Assembly (NCBI GenBank): GCA_004764695.1
Contig: SMSO01000005.1
Location: 1,116,001 to 1,180,000 of the forward strand
Direction: 5' to 3'
DNA length: 64,000 nt
Origin: Schizochytrium sp. TIO01
Taxonomy: Eukaryota; Protista; Bigyra: Labyrinthulomycetes
Part shown: positions 12,917 through 27,482 of the stretch, in pieces
How positions within the stretch are numbered: the first letter of the stretch is position 1
Layout of the letters: each line of letters opens with the position of its first letter
Position numbers and translations under genes: made by a program
Notes under the pieces: generated by a model
The model's input: only the letters and a program-made list of their open reading frames with translations
The model's database searches: none
Told to the model about the DNA's origin: nothing

Positions 12917-15900
12917 AGAATGAGTGGCTATTCATTTCGTTCAACTACCTTTGTTCGTTGCCCCTAATCAAATAATACACAGCACAGTTTTCAAGTGCTG
13001 GCTCGGATTTCAGAACTGCGTTGGTATTGTTGTAGATAGGTACCAACCATATTTTCATTTGCATTCAATATGAATTCGCGTTCTCTTGGCTATCCATCAG
13101 AAGACTTCGTTTCGCAGTGCACAAATTTAAACGTCACCAGCTCTGAAAGAGTGTCGTTTGAAGGAGATTTTGTATGCCTATGAAGCCACGCCTATTTGTG
13201 TATATACTGGCCCGGCTCGTTCGGCAAATGGGTGTTGAGCGTTACCTGAATAAATGCCGCAGCAATCTGGAGCGAATTCTCGCTTCTCAAACTCATAGCG
13301 TCGCCAGTTACAGCAAAAGGTCATTTCATCCTTCATTATCAATTTCGTTGTATGCGACGATGGCGCTTTTTTGGCACAAAGGTGTTAAGGGTAGTACATA
13401 CGGAACTTAACTTGTCCGAAATAAAAAATATCTACCGTTATTACTCCGTCTGGTTGGCACCTCTAATTCTGCCATGTTCTTAGACGCATCTTTTCTGCTC
13501 GCGCGCTCGGGTTCACAAACCGGAAGTCTTCAAGTGTCTTCTCTCATGCTCTACGAAATGGCATGCGCTTCAGAACTGCACCGTCACGAGAGATTTTTTT
13601 TCAAGCTCACGAGAGATACTTCGCTCTTGAATTACATTTGTTTGGGCTAAATTTCTTTGGCGAAATCCAGTCAATGCCAGGCTCTGCGTTGGGCCGTTTT
13701 AGCCTTTTCCAATTGGCGCAATCCAGCTGCGGCTACGACGACACCGAGGCATCTAAATCGCTATGTACACGGATCAATCAAGAACTATCAGGCTCACATC
13801 CTCTGGTACATTACCGAGTGACGCGAGCGGGAGCGGAGGTACCCTGACTCCCGTGTGACACTCATTTTATAGAATGAAAAAACATTCTTATTATTTCATT
13901 AGCTGATTTTCTGGTATGGAGGGAAAGAAAGAAAGAAAGAAAGTTCAAAAACTTTGCGCAGATATATAATATAATAATAATTCCTCTATATATGAGGTCA
14001 CTTTGCGCAGTGTTGGGGTTATTAAATCAAAGTATGATCACTGGGGCGTCCTTTCAGAACGCTCCAAAAGAGGATTCTAATAAAGGTAACTCTAAAAGTT
14101 TCTCTGTTGGACCAATGAGGGAATTTCTGCACAACCCCTCAGATGTACCACAATAATATATATATTACTAGAGCCATTTATTCATTTCTTTATTTTTAAA
14201 CAGATAAAGAACTTCAATTGGAGGTGGTCTCCCTTTATCCTATCAAACAAAAGCAATCGATTCTCTCTTTTCAATAGAAACTACGAGACAAGCATTCTAC
14301 ATCACTTGTAGGTAGTTGGCACTGCTGCGAACGCGAAGCCTACGAAGGATTGCGTTCTTGGCTTCCACGGAAGGAAAGCTTCGTCCGACATGTTTGGGCA
14401 AAAGCCTGAAATGGCCATCATGATAATTCTGTAGACTTTTATTCAAGGAAGGGCGGTGACCACCATGAATGGATGGGAACCAGCTAAAAAATCCGTGACC
14501 AACCTGAAAACCACCTGCTTTTCAGACGAACGTAATCATTTTCAAGGAGCTGTTGCAAGCTCAGTTTGAAGCTGTGCTGAAAGGCGGAGGACAGAAGCAG
14601 AAGAATAGATACACCCGTTGCTTGTCGAGTGGGTACATGTTGCAGGTTTCGTTCTTTCTTCAACCTCATGCTTTTGCCAGAGCCCAACTTACCAACTAAA
14701 TATAACTTATTTTGGATAGGTACCTGTCGCAGCGGTGAAATGCAGGTAGCCAATTGGAAATGACACGGAGTCTCCGCGTCTTTGCTTCCGCTTCGTGTGA
14801 ATAATGCACCATTTTAGGTCCTGAGTCCTTTTACTAAGGTATTCACGGAGTAAAGCTTAAACAGTTCGATTTAGTTCGATTACTGAGCCATGACCGTTCC
14901 CTTTTCCCCTCATTTCCTATAGAAAACCATAGTAAACTCTTAGATACTCGTCTCGCAACTGGTAGGTTTCAAGATAGACAAATAGATAGATACTTGCAGA
15001 ACCTCCTGAATTCTTTCTAGGCAGATTGATCGATCTGATTCTGCTGCGTTTAGCATAGAAGACTCAGTCCCGACATGCTAATAGCAGAATCTTCGCCTCT
15101 GAAGAACTCCCCTCCCCACGAAACTGAGACTATAACTTCTCGGCTTTAAAAAACGCCCTTAAAAATCTTGCTCATAATCACGGCTGGAGGAAAACAAAGA
15201 ACAAAACTATAACAAGCAAAGAAGAAAAGGACACAGCATAGCAGATTGGATGCATCCGACTGGTCTTGGCAGAAAGCCAAGTAAGCACTAGTTTGATTTC
15301 CACGTCATATAGTTATGACAATATTTTCTTAGATTCCAGAGATAAAATAATGTAGAATGGTTCTTTTATTCAAAATCAAAACATTAAAAAAAAAAACTTT
15401 AAAAAAACTATATTTTCATTTTCATTTTGTTTTCTAATCCTGCGTAAAAGAGGTTACCTACAAATAAATGTTGAAGTGCTACGAAGAAGCTGATGGATTT
15501 TGATCATACTTGTAGCAGTATGGAGGGGAAGACATCAATACCGTCAGCCTATATCCGCGAAGACCCGAACGTCTGACGAAGAGCCAGGCGCTGAGCAAGG
15601 GATGGCACGCAAACCCAGCATTTAATATGTTAATTGCGGATCTTAAAACATAAATGACCGTGGGGAATTCTGAAAATGCAACTTGTGTTTGCGAAAGTGC
15701 TACCAGGGCTACTATATGATAGGTCCTTTTATTTTGTTCTTTAGGTGGCATTTTGTGAGTAGCACTGAATGAATTAATCTATTTCAAGATTTAAGTCATT
15801 GAATTTGTTAATTGGAAGATTTGTGACACGTTCTAAAGACAATATGTAAAAACGACTTTTTTTAATATATATTTTACAAATTAGAAAAATAAAAGTTGGT

Positions 15901-18579
15901 TTTTTTACTGACCTGTATTCAGAAAATGCTTATATTTGACATGGTTTCTCATAATGACTCTGATCAGAACCTAATGACTTCTGTTCATGATAGGTTTAAG
16001 ATATGGACGAGTAATGCGACTGGTGGAGTCGGGACATTGCTCATCCCCTTATATGCGGTAAGCCCTGGTGATTTTTTTTTTGCATAGTGATGTCATCAAG
16101 CTAAAACATTTTCTATTTTAAAATAAAATTAAACTAACCTAAGTGATCAATGAGAATTATGTCTCGCGGCAGTTCATGATGGGGTGGAAAAAGAACCGGC
16201 AACTAAATTATTCTCGGTCTCAGGCTTTTGAAAAGCTTCTCAGAATAAGATAAACAGGCAATAAATAAAAATTGCAACCAAGTCGCTTCACGGGCCATCT
16301 GAAACTGATGTTTTGTGTGTTATACTTGTCAACATGAAACCAGCTGAGCACGAGTAGTTTGAGTCTGAGCCATTCTCGATCGGGCATCTGTGATGGCTCT
16401 TGGTGAATTTCCAGCGAGCATTCTCTCTGGGTTTTCAAAAGAAGATACAGCAAAGCAAATTAACACCATCAGAAATGGGAACGAACAAGCAAGCGAACCG
16501 CTCTGGTGCAGGCGAAAATCAAACGTGATTACAGCGCTCTTTACCTGACCTTTTGTCATGAGAATTGCCATCACACACTCACTCACTCATTCACTCAGAC
16601 GGCTCCACTTTACCACACGATTTTGACTAAAAACAGCTTACTTATCAATCGACATCTCAACGGCAGCGTTTGTATTTAGTTCTGAGCTGACGGTCAATAA
16701 ATGAGTTAGCTGTTTCCTTGAAGAAGACGAGAGATATTGCTTACTCAAACCATATTCAAACCGTCGAGGAGGTGCACTCGCAATGCTGGCTGGATGGCTG
16801 GCTGATCATGAGAAGATCGCAGGCATTACTAGGCGCATCCTTTCTTTCAGGTTTTCGCATTTGGGGGTATATCCACCCAAATCGAATGCGCTCTGATGAG
16901 CTGTCGCGGAGATCGCCAAGATCCCGAGCATCATCTCCTAGCCAGCCACCATTCCACCATCCATCATCTGCAGCCACAGCTGTCTACAGGAATGGTGCCA
17001 GATTGAAGATGCGATGTTAATTGGGGTTCATCTGCATAAACTATTAAGTCCGATAGTTAGCAAACAGGACCTACCTTCTTGGCACCTTGGCAAGTAGGTT
17101 AGGTACCTTCTTGCTTGCTTGCTTGCCTGCTTGCTTGCTTGCCTTCAATCTTGGTTCTCAGCTCTCTCCCTCCGTTCACCCGGAAACGGAGTAGTTCTCT
17201 CTGCTACTTGCTACATCCGGAACCGCTTGCTCGCCGTGTGCTTCTTCTATACATTGTAAAACTCGCGTGGGGTTAGTTAGTCTCGCTCGCCCGCGATACG
17301 CCCTCCAATCGAGCGCTCTGTCCGGCGACTGACCACCCGTCAGGCTGAGTGAGACTGAGGTTATTTATGTGCGATGAAGGTGAGTGAGTGCGGGAGTGAG
17401 GGAGTGAGAGCTTGGATGAGCGAGGGAGGGAAGTCTTTCCTCTTTAGATAAAAAAGGGGCCTAACTAATGCGAGGAGCGTCTTGTCCGTTCGATAGCTCG
17501 CGGATGAATCTTTGAACACATTCATTAAATTTAATTTATTAAAAAAAGGAAAGTTGAATGGCCCTCTGGAAGAGCCAAAGACCCGGTGCCAGACGAAACT
17601 CATATCGAGAATGGAAATTACAGCGCCAGACGACGCTCCGAAAATCTACCCTCAGGGAAATAGCTATTATGTAGATCTCAAATCATCAAAGGACCTAGGT
17701 ACCGACCACGTTCTGAAAACTTTCAATGACAAGTTTTAATGATCCCAAAGAAGAAGAAGACGAAGACCTTTTATCTTATGTATTTAATAGCAGTCTCTGT
17801 CTATATATATTGTTAAAAACAAAACAAAAAATGAAAATTGAGCAAAACAATTTCGATACATTTTCAGTTGTTTGTATTTCTTCATGAAGGGTGCTCCACA
17901 AGTCAGTCAGTCAGCTTCAACAGACCTACGATATAGATACCAACCCTCTCCCGCTCCCTCATCTCCGGACAGCAGTGATTGGGTTCTTTGGACCCCGTTT
18001 ACAAGTAATTTTTAAAGCATCGGCCTGCGGTCGGTTTTCCTTTTCACTTTCCTTTCGAGCTGTTTTTCTTCTTTTTTTAATCTATGAAAAGGGGTGAACT
18101 AACCATCCTGCCATCTATTTGTTCGAGTTTCTTTATCGAGTTCTTATTATCTTCATGTGAACTCATTTCTTCGTGAGGCAATTGAACCACACTGATGGCT
18201 TGTACCAATCAACCGTAGAAAGTACTCTGTAAGGCCTGCCTTTCACATATTAAAAAAAAACAAAAAAACAATTATCAAACTAAAAACCTTAACAGAGCGA
18301 AAGCTAAGGAAAGAGACGCCTACCCAACCTCCCCTCCTATATGGCGCGCTCGGAAGCAAAGAAAGGAGCGTCTCCGTGCCATGCGAGGATTCGGCAGAAG
18401 CGGGTGCCTCTCAGTAGTAGGCTGCGGGAGCTAATCACACTGTGGGGAGTAGCTTAGGACTTGTATGCCTACCGAGATAACTAAGAGAACTGGCGAAAGG
18501 CCAGGCTGTGGGGCGAGACCGCAATACGCGAAGCTGGCGAATTAGAGAGGCTCGACGGCGCTTGACAAAGTACTGTTTT

Positions 18580-18613
<34 letters not shown>

Positions 18614-21600
18614 AGGAGCTCTTGTTTCTGGGTTTCAAGGCCACCTCCTTTGGCACATCCGCCACTCCAAAGCACCGCGGATACCTGAGGACGTATGTTG
18701 GTGATCAAGTGGGAAACGCGCCAGAATGCCTGCTGTAGAATGAATGAAGCCAATTCCTCTATGCGCTCGTTCCAAATCACCTCAAGTGCCTTCCCCTGTC
18801 CAAAGAATATAGGCAGAACTGGTAAACTACCTACATACTGCTTAATAGATCTCTTGGTCCACTAAAAGATTTTAGATTTCTCCCTCTGACTAGTGGGAGG
18901 GATTCTGTGCAAAGACAATGGGTGAGATCATAGAATATGCACAGATAGCATGAGCATCTGTGTGTAGCCTTGTTCAAAACAAGCGTCGTGTTACTTGCAG
19001 TGTCTTAGTCTGCACGCATGCTCGGCATTCTTTTATGATACCTCTGGCAGGTCTGATGATTTACTTTTGTCTTCTATTGAATCTCCTCACCTCATTGCTA
19101 CTGACGGAGAGGATCGTAGAATATTCAAACTCGTTTTATTATTTTTATTTTATTAAATACATATAGGAATATTATTTTTTTAAATTTTTTTATTAATAAA
19201 AAGCTATTTCTAAGTATATAATATTACGTTTTGAAAGGAAAAAGGTACATTTGCAAATATTGCTTCCATGAAGACAAGCTATAATATTGCTTGCTCCTTA
19301 ATAGGAACTTACCGATCAGAGGTGACAAACTCCTTACTTACAAAGCATCGTTGAAAGATTTACTAAATATTATAACCCATATGCCTTGGTTTTTTCTTGT
19401 TTCAAGTGATCAATGTTCAATTTCCGTTTAATTGTGAAGGTTTGCCTGTAAAACAGTGGCCCCCTGCCAGAAGCGAGGTTATTTTAAAATGTCGATGTAG
19501 GCGCCAATTCCTCAAGTGGGTCATCCGAAAGCAATTCGTTTATTATACACCAATATCCTCAGGAACTGTGCCGTGGCCTGGACGCTCATGGAGGCCTGGT
19601 CAACGGGAATCCTGAACAAGTATGGGACTAAGAGGTTTGTTGTTCTTGAAAATACATGGTCAGAAAACAGCATTGCGGTGAATTGACAAAGCACCAACAT
19701 ATGTATTTAGTTAGTGCTACTTCAACAAAAAGGGAATAAAAAAGAAAAAAGAGATTCATGGTTCGTCGGTTTATATGTTCTTTTCCTTTATGATTCCATA
19801 AAAGGAATCAAAAGCGCAATCCGCTCCGTGAATGCAGAAACATCCTGCTTAAAACAGGTCAGATTGCATGCGAAGATTGGACAGTTTACGAGGCAATCAT
19901 CCGTCCCGCGAACTACTGCTTGGGAAAGCTCGCCTCGGGTTTTTAGAACCTTTCAAAGTCGGGGCCGAAACATCTTTTCTTCCATTATAAAAGCGTTGCT
20001 AATATTTTATATATTACTATACAATATGGAGCAGGTTTGTCTTCATTTTTGTTCTCTTTGCCGAGTCCTTTCTACGGAGATCTCGATTGTACTCGCTCCC
20101 TCTTGGCTGATATGAAGCGCAATTCGATCTAGCTTCTGAATTCAGGAATGTCACTACTTGGTAACTTTGGTCAAAAGTTTATAAGTTGTCCCATCCATGT
20201 ACTGAAAGGCAGCAAGCAATATGCTCGTCTAACTGGTCTTCGATCGTTCTTCTTCCTCTCAATGCACAGTGCACGATCCTTTGCCATCATCAGAGATCAA
20301 TTGTCTCAAGCCTTTTATATATATATACTACATATATATGCATTCCACCATCAGCGCATAAGCGAACGTATTTATGGACGGGGTACTTTCGAAGAGGCAT
20401 GAGAACTTCAATAAACGACAATCACCGGAGCTGACAGCATCCGATCGGATGCTCTCTGAGGATTCCCTCCGGTATCAAATCTTCGCATGAGCGCCTATCT
20501 AAAGGCATACGAAAGCTTCTTAAGGCAGGATGTCTTAAATGGACACATTATCAAACTTGTGGGCTAAATGACGGCTGGCCATTCAAAAAAAGGTAATGGG
20601 TAAGATTCTTTGGAACCAAAGCTCTTTCGAAAAGAGAGAGCAGAGAGGTAGAGAAAACTCTCTTCCTTCATTGATTAAGTTCGAATAAACCCAGTGAATA
20701 CTTTGCAAGGCACTTGTTCAACTTGTTGTAGTGGGATTGTAAGTGGGAATGAGTTCTTAACCAAGCAAGTATATTTTATTTTATTAAACCATAAATAGAT
20801 ATTAGCAAAGAATGTTTTTGTTTGTTTGTTTGTTTTTAATTAAAAGAAGCTGGAACTCAAAGGTACCTAGTACTGCACAGAAATGTAAAAAAAGTATTGG
20901 CGGTAGGTTAGTTGTGTTCACGTCAGTTTCGAAAATGGCTGTGCAGGGGCCAAAAGAATGGTCAATTGATGCCTCGTGTGCCGTATATTACTCAGGCTGC
21001 TCAGATTCTGATAGCAGGTACGTAGTAGCACTAGGGTACATGAAACTAGAAAGGAAGCAGAACAAAATAAAAGAGAACGCAGTTCTTTCGCAATTTAGAA
21101 ACGCAAATTTGTAAATACAGGTACCAACTTTCGTTCATATGAATTAGCACTATCTCTGCGTTTGGCCCATTCATTGCCCCGGACGACAGATAACCTTCTT
21201 CCATTTGGCCGGTTTACTTGCTACCTTTCTCGCTTCCGTCTCAAGCTTAGAATTATATGGTCAAAGCAGTGGTCAGAGAATCTGAACAGCCTGGTCTGAG
21301 TTGTTGTCGAAGTGGGCTAGACCTGGTCTCTTTTCTCTCTATGGTCTCTTGCGCATTGAATGAGAAGCTGCCTTCTTCGACAAAGAAGGTAGCAGTTTTA
21401 AGAATGGAAGAAACAAAAAGAAGGAAAGAAAGAAAGAAAGGAGCCTGGGGGAAATGCGTCTCTGGTGAAAGGCCTTTTCCATTCCTTTCTACTTTTTTAC
21501 CCCTTATTCGTTATTTCACTCCCTACCCGCGATCAACTTCAGTTGCAACATCATCTAGAAATCGTTCATGACTGATTTTTTCTTCGAGTTCTAATCGCTC

Positions 21601-24314
21601 GTTAGTGTGGAGAGAGATCTGTTTGAAGAAATACAGCCTCTTAACAACTTCTTCTGCATGGGAGCACGGGTTGATTCGTGTTCATAAAGTATGCTACCTG
21701 CCAGCAGACAGACGCGTCAGTGACCTCAATGGAGTGGCTAAGATTGTTCCCGGTCTCCTCTCCTCCACTAAAATGAATCGTTGATCGATTGTGATATAAG
21801 AATATTGAAGCTTCATTCTATGAGGTTATACTGTAGCACAAAAAGAAACCCTAAAAGCACGACGAGAACACTGTATGAAGGATTTCCAGTTGGCCTGACC
21901 AAGGTTCCCCTTGAGTTTTATTTTTAGAAATAAAAGAAAATAAGGGGGAAGTAGTTCACCAAAAAAGGCACGGTTTCTGCCGCAGTTTTACTGTTGGCTC
22001 ACGCATGCTATCAACTTAAATTAAAACACCATAGAAACTAAGACTAACATGGAATATATAGTCATGAATTTGACACCCTTGGTTGCGTGGAAGTCCATTG
22101 ACAATTGAATTTGAAGATATTTACAGAAAAGCAGAAAAGTGTTTTCCTCTGTCGTTACATTAAAAAAAAAAGAAGAAGAAGAAGAAAGGTGCATGGCCAA
22201 GGTTGGGTAAATTTCGCTTCTCGGATCAAAGATCGCTTTACAAGACGGTCTGCAAATGTATTGTAGAATCATGATATGATAAACCTTAACTTTAGTAGAC
22301 CTTATTAACTGGGGACATCAAAGTATCTACTAAGTCTCTCATCGTGGGCCTTCCTCCTCCTGGACTAACGTTATTCTTCAGGACACCTAGCAAAAAAACA
22401 CTTTTGTACCAGCGAAACGAGGAGCCAAGTGAGGGTAAGCGGGAGAAACGATGAAAACGATTCGACGCAATCGCTTCATAAATTAGAGCGGGGACATTTG
22501 AATGACAGCTTCAATCGAACTCGACCAAAAAGTGCCACCTGGACACCTTGGCAGTTGTCAGAACAAAATGAATCAAGAAATACAGCATGATGAAAAATGA
22601 CTTTTCTTTAAGAAACCAGTGGTACAGTTCTTTTTTTCATGAACAAGTGAAGAATAGCACCTTGCATTAGCCATTTAGAAATGAAGAAACCAAAACAGAC
22701 CGCAATAGTTTTCTTATTTTGAGGTTCATCAAACAATGATAAATCAATATAGGATAAGGGGGGGGGGGGGCATAACATTAACAGCATGTAGCAAAGAACT
22801 CAGTTTCACGGGCTTAGAAAAGAACCATTGAACCGGGATGAAAGATAAAGGGAAATAGTCTTTCAAGAAAGAATAACACATTTTTTTGGTTTTTGGATGG
22901 AAAGAGAATAAAAATCTCACTTAACATTGTGGGTTCGGACAAATTACGTGATGATCTCTAGCATTATTCAAATTCAAAGCTATGCCTTCTTGAGTATACC
23001 TCCATACTTGATAATCAAGAGAGGCCCATTTTGAAATCGGAAGGGGTACTTATTTTAAAAGTAAAGGGTTACTGCAAAAGACAAGAAATGGCCATAATTT
23101 TAAATTTATTGGCATATACTTTAGCACCCGCATACTCTCTGTTATTAGATTATTACTAACGAAGATGTTTTATGCCTTCATCTTATTAGAAAAAAATAAA
23201 TAAAAGGTTATTCTTTGATTCGTTTTTGGTTTCGTTTCTTGAGCAGACATAATTTTCACTGGCTCTCAGCACAGACAGAGCAAAAAAAAGAAGGTAACAC
23301 ATATTACGCATGCATAATAACTCTATTCGGCGTCTGCTAGTTTATAAAGGAAGTTTATATGATTCCGAATGGGATGTGCTTGATGGATGCCGAGCTGAGA
23401 GTGAACAAATTGGCCTCAGGTTCCCTACTGCTGCCAACATCTGTTGATCTTGCGTATGGCGTTAATTTAATTCGACACCTTGCCAAGGTTCCAACATCAT
23501 AGCCAAGGTTCCCGTGTCTCAGCGAAAGAGAAGCATCTTGCCCAGCATCTTTTCGCCGCCTTCGGACACTCATAGTGCGAGAGTACCGCCTCTTCTTAAA
23601 ATGTCGCCAAGAAATAAAAGAAGACGAAGAGGGAAACGCGTAAATAAAAGAATGGGCAAAGGCGTCTCTACTCGTGGCCAGGTTTAACAATGTTTATCTC
23701 AATATTCCGGCATTTTCCTTGTTCACATGTTAGTTATAATTTCTCTCTGAAAATGGACTCAGAGCAGTTCCCCAAAATTCATTGGACCCCTGGCATGCCC
23801 AGTTCCATTTATAGGCCTTGCAGACCCAACTTCTTTGCAATCATGTTGAGAGAAGAGAAAACAAGACAAGAGAAGACAATAAACAAACCAACCAACCAAC
23901 CAACCAGCCAACAAAACCCAGCCAGTGCAGCGAATACGCCTTCATTCCCTCCACAACTCATCAAATTGCGACCACATCCATCTCCAAGGCCTGCCTGCTG
24001 GCCCTTCATACCACCGTTGTAAATGTTTCTAAGCTCAGCCCGCTCCAGAAACCGCCCTAAGCCAGCAATAGGAGGTTAATAGGTCATGGGTGTACCGTCT
24101 CGTACTAGCTGGAGCTTGCTTGCCAGGTAGGTACGAACCGGCATGGCGATCTTTGCACTGCGCGATGTCATGAACGAAGGATGATGTCCGTCTGCGAAGA
24201 GCTTGCTCTTCTCGCCATGCTGATTGATTCTTCGTGGCAGCAGCAGTCCGTCGGCGAGGCGGAAGTCCTCCCGAAGCAAGGAACTGTGTCATCTCGAGGA
24301 TCCGCACCTTGAAC

Positions 24315-24376
24315 GAAGATAAAAGAAGATAAAAGAAGATAAAAGAAGATAAAAGGAAAGATAAAAGAAAAGAAAA
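24315..24376. repeat. 10-bp minisatellite (GAAGATAAAA)4, decaying to the right
   Basis: Read directly. Confidence 0.9.
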
Positions 24377-26452
24377 GCCCACAACCGCGGAAATTCAGCC
24401 TAGATCCAACCACGTCTACCATAAGGCACCCGACGAGGCTGTCGCCGAAGGTGCCATCTATCCGCAGACCCGCCCAGGCATCATCCCGTGCCATCCAACG
24501 CACTTGCCTATTTGCAAGCTGTAAGTTGGCTACTTTCGTAGTAGGTACGTACACCGCCTCAGTTGTTTGTCTGCCGTCATTACGAAAGCAAGCAACCTAC
24601 AAACAGGCAAAGAACGACTTTGACGCAACTAAGTTGGTAAGCTAGCTAGTTTAGCTAAAGTTACATTTAATTCTATTTTTACTTATAAGCTAAAATAAAA
24701 ACATTATTTTAAAAAACCAAGTAGAATATGTATATATATATATACATACATGTGTAAGTTCCTTCTAAAGTAACACGAAGCGTTCACGTTGTTTGTTTGT
24801 TTGTTTGTTGTTTGATTGATTGTACACCGCCTCCAAGGCCAGTGCAGGATTCGGCCTTTTGTAATTCGCCTTCTCCACGCCTCCCGCGCAGGCGCTCGCT
24901 GACTTGGGCGGCAGCTTAGTCAACCCAGTGCACATAAAGAAACGAGCGAGTTGAACAAAGAAAACAGAAAACAGACAGTTCTGCGCCTCGGCCTCCAAGT
25001 TCGTTCGAGCGGCTGGCTCTAGCAGGTACTAGCGGCGCTAGCTAGCTACGAGGGAGGTGGCTTTACTGCAAAGGCCGGGATCCAAGCTGCCTTAGGCCAG
25101 CAGCTCATATTGTATGCACCCCTCAGAGAAAGCAACACTCGGAAACCGTGCGCAGAGAGAGTGGCTATGCCCTCCCTCCTCGCGAGCAAGAGCTGGTTGG
25201 CGAGGAGAGCGCGCTGGTCGGTTTCTTGGTTGGAAGGGATTGTGGCAAACTTGAGGAACTCACTCATCTTGGAATTAATCAATTAATTAATTGATTGATT
25301 GATTAATTGATTAATTAATTAGTTCAAGGAATCGCCAAGCCTCGATCGTGAATGAATGAATGAATGAATGAATGAGTGAGTGAGGCACGAAATGAATCCC
25401 GAAGAAACTCGCAGTGGACGACCGAGAGATCGACCAGGAGATCGACCGTCTAAAGATCAGGCGGAGCTGATTCATCTGCCCTGTCCGATGGGCCCGAGGA
25501 GCACGAGGAGGTACGTCGTCAAAGATTATGTATTCCCGCGCTCCAAGGCGAGCAGGAATCACAAATGCATGACTCTTGCAAGTTCTGGACTGCCGCCGTG
25601 GTCGCCAATTGGCTTAGTTGGTATCAGGTACCCTGACCGATGTCTGCGTACGTCTAAACTTGAAATTCTTGGCAAGGACACTTATTCCCTCACTCACTCG
25701 TCGGCATTCATCGTGAAGAAGAAGTTCCCATTGGAAGGGATGCTTTCCAGGCGTTACTTGTGTCTGGATAGCTAGCTGCTGGAGAGAACCAGGTCCTGGT
25801 CATGGAGGTTGATCGCTGCCTAGTGCTTGCTTAATGGCATTCCTACCAGCCACCAAGATTGCTGAGGGCTGATTTTAACTTGAAATGATTGAGCTAAAGT
25901 CAACTTGCATCATTTGTTATTTATATTGATTTGCTGTGGATTTCAAGTTGTTGCATTGGCTTGATTTTGGAAAATCGTGTTTCTTTTGTTGGGCTTTTTG
26001 GTAAGGCTTTTTTGTGTATTAGGCCTTGCTCGGTCAAGGCCATGCGTATGCCATACCGATACTAGAGTCTCAGAGCATACGTGACCGATACCGACGTATA
26101 TGCGCCGTCGGCAAAGGCTGAAGTGTCCCCGGGAGAACACGTACAGCATTTGGAGACAGCTGTCACTGGCACGACGCGACGCCTCTCGAATAAGGTCCCA
26201 AGTGTCCAAATCCAACTTGCTTTCCACGGCTATTCCAAAACTCATCAGTCTTTTTGTTTCTTTTTTCTTTTTTTTAATCATTTACTAAAACTGCAATTTT
26301 AGAGTGTCATCGTTATGATCTCAAGCACTCAGAACGAAAGTACTACCCATAAGAAGGTACTACCAATGACGGTCGTGCCTACTGCTTTTTCTTTTCATAC
26401 CAACCCACCGTCGTCTATTTCACCATAAAATAGACTGTAACAATTAGTTTGC

Positions 26453-26717
<265 letters not shown>

Positions 26718-27444
26718 GCCTTTGGAAGAAAATCTCTTGACTTGCTTGTTTATTTTATTTTATTTTATTTTGGAATCATCAATATTTGCTTCGTTTCGGA
26801 GCTCTTTCAAGTTTCTCTCCTCATCAGTTTACAATAGAAAATATTTTATTTTGTTCTTAACGATTTAATTATTTTTTTTTATACTTTTAGAAAGAAAATG
26901 CTATGAACAACGTGTATAATTTTCGAGTGGAATTAGGTCACCACCTAGTATCTTGGGGTGCAAGTATTGTCTTACTACCCATAAGTAAATTAAATTGCCC
27001 GCCTGGCACGAAAGTAGAGGTCTGGAAATTGAGAAACTACATGAGGTTGTGAGGAGCTGCCAACTTAATCTCTCTCCCCATTCTGCAGTTCGAGATTGCT
27101 CGCGCACTCGACTCGCTGACTTATGCTCAGTTCTTCAATTCTAAACCTCTAAATTGTACGTAATTCACACCACCACCAACAAAAAAGCACTATTCCTGAG
27201 GACGCACATTCGCGCGTCCATCCATCCATTTATCGGCCGTCCATTGCGCCAGCTTTCGCATCTATCTATCGATCGGAGGCGGCTTGAGCTCAGCTCTGTC
27301 TCAAGTGCTTGTCATTCAGAGCAGAGTTCTGCGTGGTTCTTTTCTTCAATGCTGTGCGTTCAGAATGAAATTACTGGCAGGCACACGTGAGTGAGGAGAG
27401 AGTCACTCGTGATTTTTAGTGAGGCTCTAGTTCGCAGACTTGCC

Positions 27445-27482
27445 TTCTTCTTCTTCTTCTTCTTCTTCTTCTTCTTCTTCTT
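27445..27482. repeat. (TTC)n microsatellite
   Basis: Read directly. Confidence 0.95.
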